A stretch of 64,000 nucleotides of DNA from Candidatus Eiseniibacteriota bacterium (GTDB lineage: Bacteria; Eisenbacteria; RBG-16-71-46; CAVPCR01), in the NCBI GenBank assembly GCA_963823555.1, contig CAWGMA010000001.1, positions 1,376,001 through 1,440,000 on the forward strand. Reading direction: 5' to 3'. Numbering within the stretch: the stretch's first letter is position 1; each line of letters starts with the position of its first letter. Made by a program: the position numbers and the translations under genes. This document shows positions 37,824 through 45,900 of the stretch, piece after piece. The notes below the pieces were generated by a model. The model was not told where the DNA came from, searched no databases, and saw nothing but the letters and a program-made list of their open reading frames with translations.

Positions 37824-40081
37824 CAAGGTGCCACAGAGCGCGCTGCACCCTCGTTGCCGGCGGCGTCCGCAGCGCGCACGAAGACGGTCTCCGCGTCCGG
37901 GCCGGAGCCCGGGTCGCGGGGGAACTCATAGCCGGCCGCACGGGCTCGGGCCGCCTCTCGAGCGAGATCGATCTCGAAGCTGAAGCTCTCCGTCAGCGCG
38001 TCGAAGATGCCATCGAGCGGGAACGCCGGTTCCCAGGTCCGTGCATCCACGGAATACTCGAACGCCCGCACCGCGCTGAGCTCGTCCACGACCGTGGCAT
38101 TGACCACCAGGCGCTCCTCGGCCGCACGCTCGACCCGCAGTTTGGTGATCCGCGGCGGCGTGTTGTCGACCACAAATGAATTCGAGTCGAGCGAGTCCGT
38201 CAGTGCGGTTGCATCCGGGTTCGAGCGACGATCGCTGGCGATCACTTTGAGACGGTATTCGCCATCCGGCAGCCCGGCGGTCGAAAAGGGGTGCGTCTGA
38301 TCCGGCACGTCTTCGGCCAGTGGGCGCCAGCGCCCCTCTCCCTCTCCGCGCACGAAGAGGTTGAAATCGAGACGGTCCCCATTGGGATCGTCGGCCACCC
38401 AGTTGGCGACCTTGACATCCCGGAGCCATGGCACCTGGTCCCGCCGGAGCGCTCTCACCGGCTGCCGGGGCCGCGAGAACTCCGCCTGAACCCCGTTATC
38501 CATGTTCACGATGATGCGATCCGGTGGTCCATCCATCGGTTGCGGCATCATCCGTTCGTTGGGCTCGGTGACCTCGACGATCTGGATGCGCGGAGGGAGG
38601 TTCTCCTGGCGGTAGGCCACCACGACGCGATCGAGTCGCGGAGAGCGGGTGCTGTTGCCCTTGAGCGTGGCCTGCCACTGGACGAACCGGGCCGGCGGGC
38701 TCTGGATGGGGGCCCCGGCGGGGTCCGTGAGCGGAGCGGACCAGTCGCTCCACGTCTCGTCCGGGCTCTCCGTATTTCCGGTCCGGGTGCGCACCTCGAT
38801 GGCCGTGCCGGGCGGCTCCTCGCCGACGAACCGCAGGCGTCCCCAGCCAGCCACATTGCCGGCATCGAACGGGTTGACCGTCATGGTGCCGCTGGCCACG
38901 ACTTGTGGCCCGAGTCGATACACGCGGCCCGGGTTGGCGGTCCCGACCAGCACACCATCCGGTGTGCGCTCGAGGCAGAGCACCTGGGACTCCTCGGTCT
39001 GGAGTAGACGTGTCGCGTTGCCACGAGCGTCGAGCTGGTAGATGGCTCCTTCATCACCCGTCGCGGCGAGGATGTTCCCCTGCTCATCGGGTTCGATGGC
39101 GAGCACGATGTTCTCCGGTGCCCGCCAGAACTGCGTGACCGCACCGCCAGGAGTCCGCCGGTAGATCACGCCGCGTCCGGGAGGGGGGCCCTGCGGAGCG
39201 CGCTGCTGCGCGTTCGCCGATCCCCCCTGGGATCCGGATCGAGCCGGGCGGACCTCGATCACGTCACCCGTGGTCGGCAGATCCGCCTCTTCGCCCGGCC
39301 CGGCGCTGCCGGTAGCGGCGATCAGCAGGTTGCCTTGCTGATCCCAGGTCAGGGCCTTGATCTCTTCCTCTCGGGCGTCATAGAGGACTCGTCCCTGGTC
39401 CTGCGCCGTTATCTCGAGCACCAATCCAGAGCCCGAGGTCCCGACCAGCCACGCGTTGCCGGTCCCAGCAGGCAAGAGGCACAGCAGATGGATCTCGTCG
39501 GAGTCGTAGTAGGCGGACGCTTCTCCCTGGCGGTTCACGCGATAGAGGCGCCCTCGATCGCCAGTGGCTGCCAGGAGATCGCCGTCGGCGGCGAAGGCCA
39601 GTGCCCAGATGTAGGTCTCGGGCAGATCGCAGAACGTCTCGGCCTTGCCATCCTTGATGCGGATGATGACGCCATCGGGAGCACCACCCGCATAGACAGC
39701 ACCGTCGGGTCCCACCGCGACGCTCAGAATCTGCAGCTCGATCGAGTCATGGAGCGTCTCCCCTGGCCCTCGCTTCGGAATACGGGCGATGAGTCCGCCG
39801 TCTCCCGTGCCGGCGATCACCGAGCCATCCTTGGCCTGTGCCAGGGCCCAGATGTAGCTCTGGCCGGGATCCAGCACGAGTTCGAGTTCGGGGGCGAGCT
39901 CGGCTGCGCCGCGGGCGGTGATGGAAACGTGCTCCGTTTCCGAATCGGCGAAGTCGATGGGGCCTCCCAGTTCCCAGTACGCGGTATCCACGGCCAGCGC
40001 CGTCTGCGCCGCAAGGGCCATAGCGAGCACGGCGACCGTCCTGGGCGCTGCTCCGTGATACCAAGCCTCCCGCCGTTTCAT
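37823..40081 (-). CDS. Secreted beta-propeller + FN3-like protein
   Basis: Signal peptide; repeated YIWALA...ATGDxGxxY blades; C-terminal DGEYRLKVIASD...VDNTPP. Confidence 0.8.
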   Translation of the reverse strand: MKRREAWYHGAAPRTVAVLAMALAAQTALAVDTAYWELGGPIDFADSETEHVSITARGAAELAPELELVLDPGQSYIWALAQAKDGSVIAGTGDGGLIARIPKRGPGETLHDSIELQILSVAVGPDGAVYAGGAPDGVIIRIKDGKAETFCDLPETYIWALAFAADGDLLAATGDRGRLYRVNRQGEASAYYDSDEIHLLCLLPAGTGNAWLVGTSGSGLVLEITAQDQGRVLYDAREEEIKALTWDQQGNLLIAATGSAGPGEEADLPTTGDVIEVRPARSGSQGGSANAQQRAPQGPPPGRGVIYRRTPGGAVTQFWRAPENIVLAIEPDEQGNILAATGDEGAIYQLDARGNATRLLQTEESQVLCLERTPDGVLVGTANPGRVYRLGPQVVASGTMTVNPFDAGNVAGWGRLRFVGEEPPGTAIEVRTRTGNTESPDETWSDWSAPLTDPAGAPIQSPPARFVQWQATLKGNSTRSPRLDRVVVAYRQENLPPRIQIVEVTEPNERMMPQPMDGPPDRIIVNMDNGVQAEFSRPRQPVRALRRDQVPWLRDVKVANWVADDPNGDRLDFNLFVRGEGEGRWRPLAEDVPDQTHPFSTAGLPDGEYRLKVIASDRRSNPDATALTDSLDSNSFVVDNTPPRITKLRVERAAEERLVVNATVVDELSAVRAFEYSVDARTWEPAFPLDGIFDALTESFSFEIDLAREAARARAAGYEFPRDPGSGPDAETVFVRAADAAGNEGAARSVAP

Positions 40082-41982
40082 GGCTTCATCCCTCCCGCTG
40101 CACCCTTCGCCTTGATCTCGAGGCGCAGTTCCTGGCAACCGCTGAGCTGGTACACCGTCGCCACCCGATCCTCATGGAGAAGCCGGCCCCAGCTTCCGCT
40201 ACGTCCCCCGGTCCTCCGGTTCGAATCCATGATGCGGAACACGCTCCCCGGGAGGCCCTGCATTTCACGGCCATCGACCACCACGCCCTTGGCATCCCCG
40301 TGCAGGGTGACGCGCAGGATATGACTCCCGCTCGTCTCCTCGATGAGCTCCACCAGTTGCGGCACCGTGGCCGGTGCAAAGCGCCGCGGGGCTCGCTCCG
40401 CCTCCCAGCGCGCAGCACCATCTGCCGAGCAGAAGCGCAGGAGAGCTGGACCAGGAGTGGCGTCGCTGGGGATCCCGATCTGGATGGCAATCGATTGCCG
40501 CGGTGCGGCAAAGACGTTCAAGAACACGGTGGCGGCAATCGAATCGCCGGGCGCGACCTCGTAGCGGTCCGCGATGAGCTCTTCGATCGCGGCCGCCCGG
40601 ATCGTGGATTGCACGTTCACCTCGAGGTCCACGCGCCGGATCTCGAGCGGCTCGACGCTGTTGAACAGCAACGTGCTGACCGGTGCCGACACCCTCTCGG
40701 CCAGGGCAGCCGGCGCCTGGGTCGAGGCCAGCAGGTCCCTCACGGCGAGCTTGGTCCCATCAGCGAGCTCGACCGTGAGCGCCAGGTCGAGGGTGGCATC
40801 CCCGAAGGCCTTCTCATCTGCCGTGAAGCTGTTCAGAGCGACGACACCGACGAACTGAGACAGGAAGAACTTGTTGCGCACGATCTCGAAGTGGTAGCGG
40901 CGCTCGCTTCCTGATTCACGCAGGAGAACGCTGACAGGCACCATCGGTGCGGCCGGGCCGAGCCGACCTGAGATCCCGCTCAGCTGATCCATCGTGACAT
41001 GCCCAACCGCGGCGTCGGCGTTGCCGATCACGAAAGAGATCGCCTGTGATGGATAGACCGTGATCACTTCCGCGCTGGTCATGGGCATGTCGACTGGACC
41101 CGCCTGGAACATCGGATGACCGAAGGCCAGCACGCGATCGCCATCGACATAGGTCACCGTGCCGAGGGCGGTCACCTCGACATCGCCGCGGACGATCTGC
41201 ACGCCGACCGGGGCTCCCGGTTCGAGCCGCGTCGGCGTCCCCGCGCCGCCTCCCGAGGCGCCGCCGCTCACGGCCTCGAGTCCGAAGCGGGAGAGAAGTG
41301 GGGCCAGGGCGGCGCGAGCCTGGGGCGTGAAACCGGCGAGGACGAGTGGAGTCCCGATGGGCTGGATGTCGCCAGAGGCCGTGCCTGGCCCCGGCCTCGA
41401 TCCCATGGACGATCGAGCGTCATCCCCGCCTGGATTCGAAGTCGAGTATCCATCGTCGATGCCAGGGAGCCAGGAAGCCCCGTTCAACGGGGATTCGGGC
41501 GCCGAGGGGTCCGGGTACGACGCAGTCATCAGCGGCAGCATCTCGGCAATGGGCGTCACTCCCGCGATCGGGCGTTCGGCGAAGCCCCCGAGGTTGTACG
41601 CCACCGCCCCGGCCAGCCGTCCGTTCAAGTACACGGGACTTCCCGACATGCCGCGGAAAACCCCGGTATCGGCGATCCGGCCCCCACTGGCTTCGATCAC
41701 GATCAAGTCGCCGCCCGGCACCCAGCTGCGCAGAACGCCCAGGACTTCCACCTGGAACTCCGCGATGCCATCGCGTGAGAACGTGGTCCGGCCCACACCG
41801 CGCATGCCTGGGGTGATCTCGTCGACGCCAATGAACAGGGTGCGGTCGAGACCGGGCGGAACCTCACCGGCTTGGCTTGCTCCGGCTCGGCTCAGGGAGC
41901 CGGTGAGGAGCGTGGATGCGGCGAGGAGCATGTACAACCAACGCGCCGGTGTTCGGCGACCGCGGTGACCAGCTGCGATCAT
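40078..41982 (-). CDS. SpoIVB (peptidase S55) domain protein
   Basis: GMRGVGRT, GMSGSPVYLNGRLAGAVAY and GTVTYVDGDRVLAFGHP motifs; N-terminal signal peptide; start uncertain. Confidence 0.87.
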   Translation of the reverse strand: MIAAGHRGRRTPARWLYMLLAASTLLTGSLSRAGASQAGEVPPGLDRTLFIGVDEITPGMRGVGRTTFSRDGIAEFQVEVLGVLRSWVPGGDLIVIEASGGRIADTGVFRGMSGSPVYLNGRLAGAVAYNLGGFAERPIAGVTPIAEMLPLMTASYPDPSAPESPLNGASWLPGIDDGYSTSNPGGDDARSSMGSRPGPGTASGDIQPIGTPLVLAGFTPQARAALAPLLSRFGLEAVSGGASGGGAGTPTRLEPGAPVGVQIVRGDVEVTALGTVTYVDGDRVLAFGHPMFQAGPVDMPMTSAEVITVYPSQAISFVIGNADAAVGHVTMDQLSGISGRLGPAAPMVPVSVLLRESGSERRYHFEIVRNKFFLSQFVGVVALNSFTADEKAFGDATLDLALTVELADGTKLAVRDLLASTQAPAALAERVSAPVSTLLFNSVEPLEIRRVDLEVNVQSTIRAAAIEELIADRYEVAPGDSIAATVFLNVFAAPRQSIAIQIGIPSDATPGPALLRFCSADGAARWEAERAPRRFAPATVPQLVELIEETSGSHILRVTLHGDAKGVVVDGREMQGLPGSVFRIMDSNRRTGGRSGSWGRLLHEDRVATVYQLSGCQELRLEIKAKGAAGGMKP

Positions 41983-42184
41983 GAAATTCCCCCGGGGGGT
42001 CGTATGGCGTCTCATCTGGCGGTCACGGCCCGAGCCGGAGAGACGGCAAGGCCCCATTCTCTCTATTGTCGGCAGTCCGGTGCCCTTCCTTGGGCCGCTT
42101 GTGGCGGACTGAAGACAGCCTCCATGGCGGCGCCCGCCGGATGGCCGGCGGGCGCGTTCGCGTCGTGGCGTTCCTGGAGGCCGC

Positions 42185-43369
42185 TCAGCCCACGAAAACC
42201 CCATGCGCCGCGGGGGCGCGCCCATCACGAGTCTCTTCGCCGCGGTAACGGAGGAGCGCGGCGATGCCTCCAACCTCATCGAGTTCCTTCTCGCCCTCGA
42301 TCTCGACCACCGCCACCGAATGTCCGATCGCGCGGTGGACCAGTTCCTCGACCAGATCGGGAACCGGGAGGAAAGCCCCGCCGCAGGCCGGGCAGATCCG
42401 ACCCTCCACGGCCAGATTCGAGCAGCTCCCGCAGGCGAGGCCGGGCCGTGCCATGCCTCTCGCCAGGGTGAGGGCTGCGACCTGGCCCCGCCCGAAGGCG
42501 GCCAGCGTCTTCTCGATCCCGGTCACGGCCAGGCCCCCGGCCTCTGCTTCCTTGATGGCGCTCTTCGCCACCTGGATTCCCTTATCCTGCTCGTACAGCC
42601 GTACCGCATCCGAGAGTCGCGCCAGGATCTCGGCTGGCGGGGCCTCCGGTCCGAGCGGCAAGCGGGCGATGACCCGATCCCGGATCGGATGCGGTGCCAC
42701 GGCATCGAACGCAGCCAGAGCGTCCACCGATCCGCTCGCGACCAGCAGTGCGGAGGGCTCGGAGCGCAGGATCTCCGCCGTCCGTTCCACCACCGACTTG
42801 ACGAATTGCTGCAGGCGGTCCCCCGCGCGCCGCTCGAGCTGGCGCTCCTCGAGCCCGGACAGGCCGCGCGCTCTTGCCTCCGATGGGACCAGGCCCTCGA
42901 GCTCGGCCAGACGGTGGATCTCTCCGAGGTGGACGACATTGATGGCGGCATGATCGCGGGCCATGAGCACGGCCACACAACGCCTGAACTGGCTCAGCAG
43001 ACGTGACAGCGGCCGTACATGCGGATGGGTGTCGATGATCAGGCGATCGCGAACCGGTTGCGCGAGAACATAGGAACGCCACAGCCCGCTGCCGGATGAA
43101 GAGAAGACAGCGACCGCCTTGGCCCCATGGCGGTCGAAATGCCGGATGAAGCGCAGCATGGCCTCGAAATCGTGCTCGACCGAGGCCTGCTGTCCCTTGG
43201 TCAGGGGGCGCGCATCCAGTTCCGCGCGCTGCTTCTTGATCAGGTCCTTCAGCAGGATCTCAGCCTTCCGCTTGTCGGCACCGGAATCGATGCTGAGGAA
43301 GAGAGTGGTAACGGGAAACTCCTGGACTTGAAGGCGGGCTAGTTCCTGGACTTGCTCGAGCGTGATCAT
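42185..43369 (-). CDS. Bacterial aeRF1/pelota-like protein (baeRF family) with a C-terminal Zn ribbon
   Basis: VTTLFLS, AVAVFS, PHVRPL, CGSC...CPACG, DLVEELV and GGIAALLRY motifs; SD AGGAGG. Confidence 0.85.
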   Translation of the reverse strand: MITLEQVQELARLQVQEFPVTTLFLSIDSGADKRKAEILLKDLIKKQRAELDARPLTKGQQASVEHDFEAMLRFIRHFDRHGAKAVAVFSSSGSGLWRSYVLAQPVRDRLIIDTHPHVRPLSRLLSQFRRCVAVLMARDHAAINVVHLGEIHRLAELEGLVPSEARARGLSGLEERQLERRAGDRLQQFVKSVVERTAEILRSEPSALLVASGSVDALAAFDAVAPHPIRDRVIARLPLGPEAPPAEILARLSDAVRLYEQDKGIQVAKSAIKEAEAGGLAVTGIEKTLAAFGRGQVAALTLARGMARPGLACGSCSNLAVEGRICPACGGAFLPVPDLVEELVHRAIGHSVAVVEIEGEKELDEVGGIAALLRYRGEETRDGRAPAAHGVFVG

Positions 43370-43690
43370 GGCATCGCCTCCTAGACGTGAGCGACCTCAC
43401 GCATGACACGCGGATGGAACAGGGATGCTGCCAACGAAGTCGGTTGGCAATCAACGCCGCACACGTCCCCGGCCATGGAACGGGAATCGACCGGGGTGCC
43501 CGGGTGAGCCGCAGCTGCGGCCGCGAGGGGTAGGCCGGTCTCGAAGCGGGAGAGACCGTCACCCTTACCCCATGCCTGAAGCCGTGAAGCCCCAGATCTC
43601 GCTGATGGACGTACCGAAACGAATGCGGACGTCGTGATCGTCCTCCTTGGCTTCGCAGGGGAACGAAGGTGTGCCGCTCGCTTCATATCG

Positions 43691-43719
43691 AGCCTACACC
43701 TGCCACCATGGCCAGTCAA
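43691..43719 (-). promoter_or_regulatory. Sigma70-type promoter about 320 nt upstream of the baeRF gene
   Basis: Minus strand TTGACT-N17-TAGGCT; same hexamers as the tRNA-Val promoter. Confidence 0.6.
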
Positions 43720-43879
43720 TACCGAGCGGCCTCAATCGCGGACCGCATCCTGTTGAACATGAAGTGTTTACCCGTTGAGTACCGTTTCGGTTCCGGCGCC
43801 TGCACCGGTATGCGACCGGACTTCAACAAGAGCCCGTATGGGGCTCTGGAGCATGGAAATGGGCAACGACAGAAAAAGC

Positions 43880-44863
43880 CTACAGGAGCTTGACCTGGTC
43901 CGGCTGGACCTGGGCCTCCTCATGGGATCCCTGCCCTCGCCGGCCTTCCAGGGGCGGCAGCTGGAGACGGCGGATGCTCTCCTGAGGGGGACGGGAGGGG
44001 TCCATGGCATCGCCGGGCTCGGCCGGAGAACTGGAGGGCGAGGGCAGCCAGGAATCCAGAGGGGGCAGGGCCCCGGCCGCCAGCCGAGAAGCGGCATCGG
44101 ACTGGGCCGGGCACAGGTTCTGATAGGCGCACCACCGACACAGGGGCGAGACCCGGGCCGGGAGCTGGCCGCTGGCCACGGCATGTTCGATGGCGCTGAT
44201 CCGGCGGGCGACCTCGGTGCGCTTTTCCTCGAGCCCGCTCATTCCCAGGCGCACGGTGATGCGGCGGCCGAAAGCCAGGAAGTGCCACACCAGCTTGATA
44301 TCGGCGGCCTGGGGCCAGCGGCTGGCCGTTCCCATCTGGTAGATGGCCAGTTGCAGATCGCTGAGGATCTCGTCCTTCCGAGGCAGGTAGGTGGATGTCT
44401 TGTAGTCATGGATCGCGATCTCCCCGCGTTCGCCGACGGCGACGCGATCGATGACCCCCGTGAGACGCGGACCGTCGGCCCCTTCCAGGTGAAACTCGAT
44501 CTTCTCTTCGAGGCCGATCGTGCGATCCCCGGTGAACGGCCAGTTCCCCCGAAAGAAGGTGATCAGACAGCGGCGGCCGAGCCGGTAGTAATCGACGGGT
44601 GCGTGATCCGCCTTGACCACCGAGATGTCGTCATGCCAGGCCCGGCGCCAGGCCTCGTGGTAGGCCCGGATGAGCTCCTCGATCGAGGGTGGGTGCGGGT
44701 CGACATCGAGAGCGCGGAAGAGCGCCTCCAGGACTTCATGGACGCGTTTGCCCGCGAAGGCCTCGATCGACTCGATGGTGGTCGGGATCCGATCCAGGTA
44801 GCGGTAGCGGAACTGGAGAGGGCATTTCTCGAAGGAGCGGAGCTTGGAGTATGAATAGAGCAA
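43880..44863 (-). CDS. RecB-family PD-(D/E)XK nuclease with four Cys (AddB/Cas4-like Fe-S staple)
   Basis: YSYSKLRSFEKCP, GVIDRV, HDYKT, QLAIY and CRWCAYQNLCP motifs; TTG start with SD GGAGAGG. Confidence 0.88.
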   Translation of the reverse strand: MLYSYSKLRSFEKCPLQFRYRYLDRIPTTIESIEAFAGKRVHEVLEALFRALDVDPHPPSIEELIRAYHEAWRRAWHDDISVVKADHAPVDYYRLGRRCLITFFRGNWPFTGDRTIGLEEKIEFHLEGADGPRLTGVIDRVAVGERGEIAIHDYKTSTYLPRKDEILSDLQLAIYQMGTASRWPQAADIKLVWHFLAFGRRITVRLGMSGLEEKRTEVARRISAIEHAVASGQLPARVSPLCRWCAYQNLCPAQSDAASRLAAGALPPLDSWLPSPSSSPAEPGDAMDPSRPPQESIRRLQLPPLEGRRGQGSHEEAQVQPDQVKLL

Positions 44864-44909
44864 ACGACCCTCTCCGCGCTGCGAGCGCTTGCCTTGCGGG
44901 CCGAGGCGC

Positions 44910-44937
44910 TTGACACTCAACCACTTGCTGCTAGAAT
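44910..44937 (+). promoter_or_regulatory. Sigma70-type promoter for the NYN gene
   Basis: TTGACA-N16-TAGAAT with TGn. Confidence 0.7.
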
Positions 44938-45073
44938 GCCTGCACCGTATTCAAACCCTATCCAACTGTCAACGTTCATCCCGTCCGCCCACGCGCAGCT
45001 TCATGAAGCGGGCCTCGGGGTCCGTCCCCTCCGGCCAGCCCCCCCTGCCGATATGGGCCAGAAAGGAGCAAGA

Positions 45074-45898
45074 GTGGCCTCCTCGCTATCCGCGCAACGC
45101 CTTGCCGTCTTCGTGGACGTACAGAATATCTACTATCCGGCAAAGAGTCTCGGGGACAAGGTCAATTTCCATTCCCTCCTCAAACGCTTCGGCAGTCGTC
45201 AACTGATTCGTGCCGTTGCCTATGTGGTTGAAGCACCCGATGTCGATGTCACTCCATTCGTCGTCGCCCTGCGGAACATCGGGTTCGAAGTGCGCACCAA
45301 ACCGATGCGGGTCTTCGATGACGGCACGCGCAAGGGAGACATCCACCTCATGCTGGCACTCGATGCCGTCGGCATCGCTGACAAGGTGGACGTGGTCTGT
45401 CTCGTCACGGGGGATGGCGAGTACGTGGACCTGGTGCATCTCCTGCGCAGCCGGGGCGTCAAGGTGGAGATCATGAGCTTCAAGTCGAATACCTCGGCCG
45501 AGCTCATCAGGGTCTCGGATGAGCATATCCCGATGAACGAGGAGTTCCTCCTGGGCTTCGGAGGTGGGCCGCGCGGCGACGAGCGGGGTGGTGATCGCCC
45601 GCGAAGCTACGGCGACGAGCGTCCGCGGTCCCTGCCCTATCGCTCCGCCGATGGGCGCGAGCAGCGCTCGGGGCTGCGTTCCCCGATCCGCGAGGAGCGC
45701 TATGCTCCGCGACCCCTGCGTGAAGAGCGTTTCGGGCGCGACGATCGCGTGGCTCGGGACGAGCGGATGGTCCGGGATGAGCGCATGGTCCGGGACGAAC
45801 GAGTCCTGCGGGACCAGCGCTTGCCGCTCAGGACGGAGCGAGTACGTCCCCTCGACGATGACGACGATGAGGTCACCGACGAGGTCGAGGGCCAGTAG
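45074..45898 (+). CDS. NYN/LabA/DUF88 PIN-like domain protein with an R/D/E-rich tail
   Basis: AVFVDVQNIY, KGDIHLMLALD, VTGDGEY and GVKVE motifs; GTG start with SD AAGGAG. Confidence 0.88.
   Translation: MASSLSAQRLAVFVDVQNIYYPAKSLGDKVNFHSLLKRFGSRQLIRAVAYVVEAPDVDVTPFVVALRNIGFEVRTKPMRVFDDGTRKGDIHLMLALDAVGIADKVDVVCLVTGDGEYVDLVHLLRSRGVKVEIMSFKSNTSAELIRVSDEHIPMNEEFLLGFGGGPRGDERGGDRPRSYGDERPRSLPYRSADGREQRSGLRSPIREERYAPRPLREERFGRDDRVARDERMVRDERMVRDERVLRDQRLPLRTERVRPLDDDDDEVTDEVEGQ
45737..45822 (+). repeat. Imperfect 18-nt coding tandem repeat (RDDRVA RDERMV RDERMV RDERVL RDQR)
   Basis: Units such as cgggacgagcggatggtc, cgggatgagcgcatggtc and cgggacgaacgagtcctg. Confidence 0.8.
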
Positions 45899-45900
45899 AG

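Noticed and set aside
43600..43635. Hammerhead-like CTGATG...CGAAAC on the plus strand
   Set aside because: The core reads CUGAUGG rather than CUGANGA, and I could not build convincing stems.
43381..43719. 112-aa minus-strand ORF upstream of the aeRF1-like gene
   Set aside because: Starts inside the predicted promoter, has no SD and no recognisable protein features; treated as probably non-coding.
43880..44863. Cas4 / CRISPR adaptation module
   Set aside because: No cas1, cas2 or repeat-spacer array is visible in the window; it fits a solo RecB-family nuclease.
45737..45822. Tandem repeat as a CRISPR array
   Set aside because: Degenerate in-frame 18-nt coding units with no spacers.
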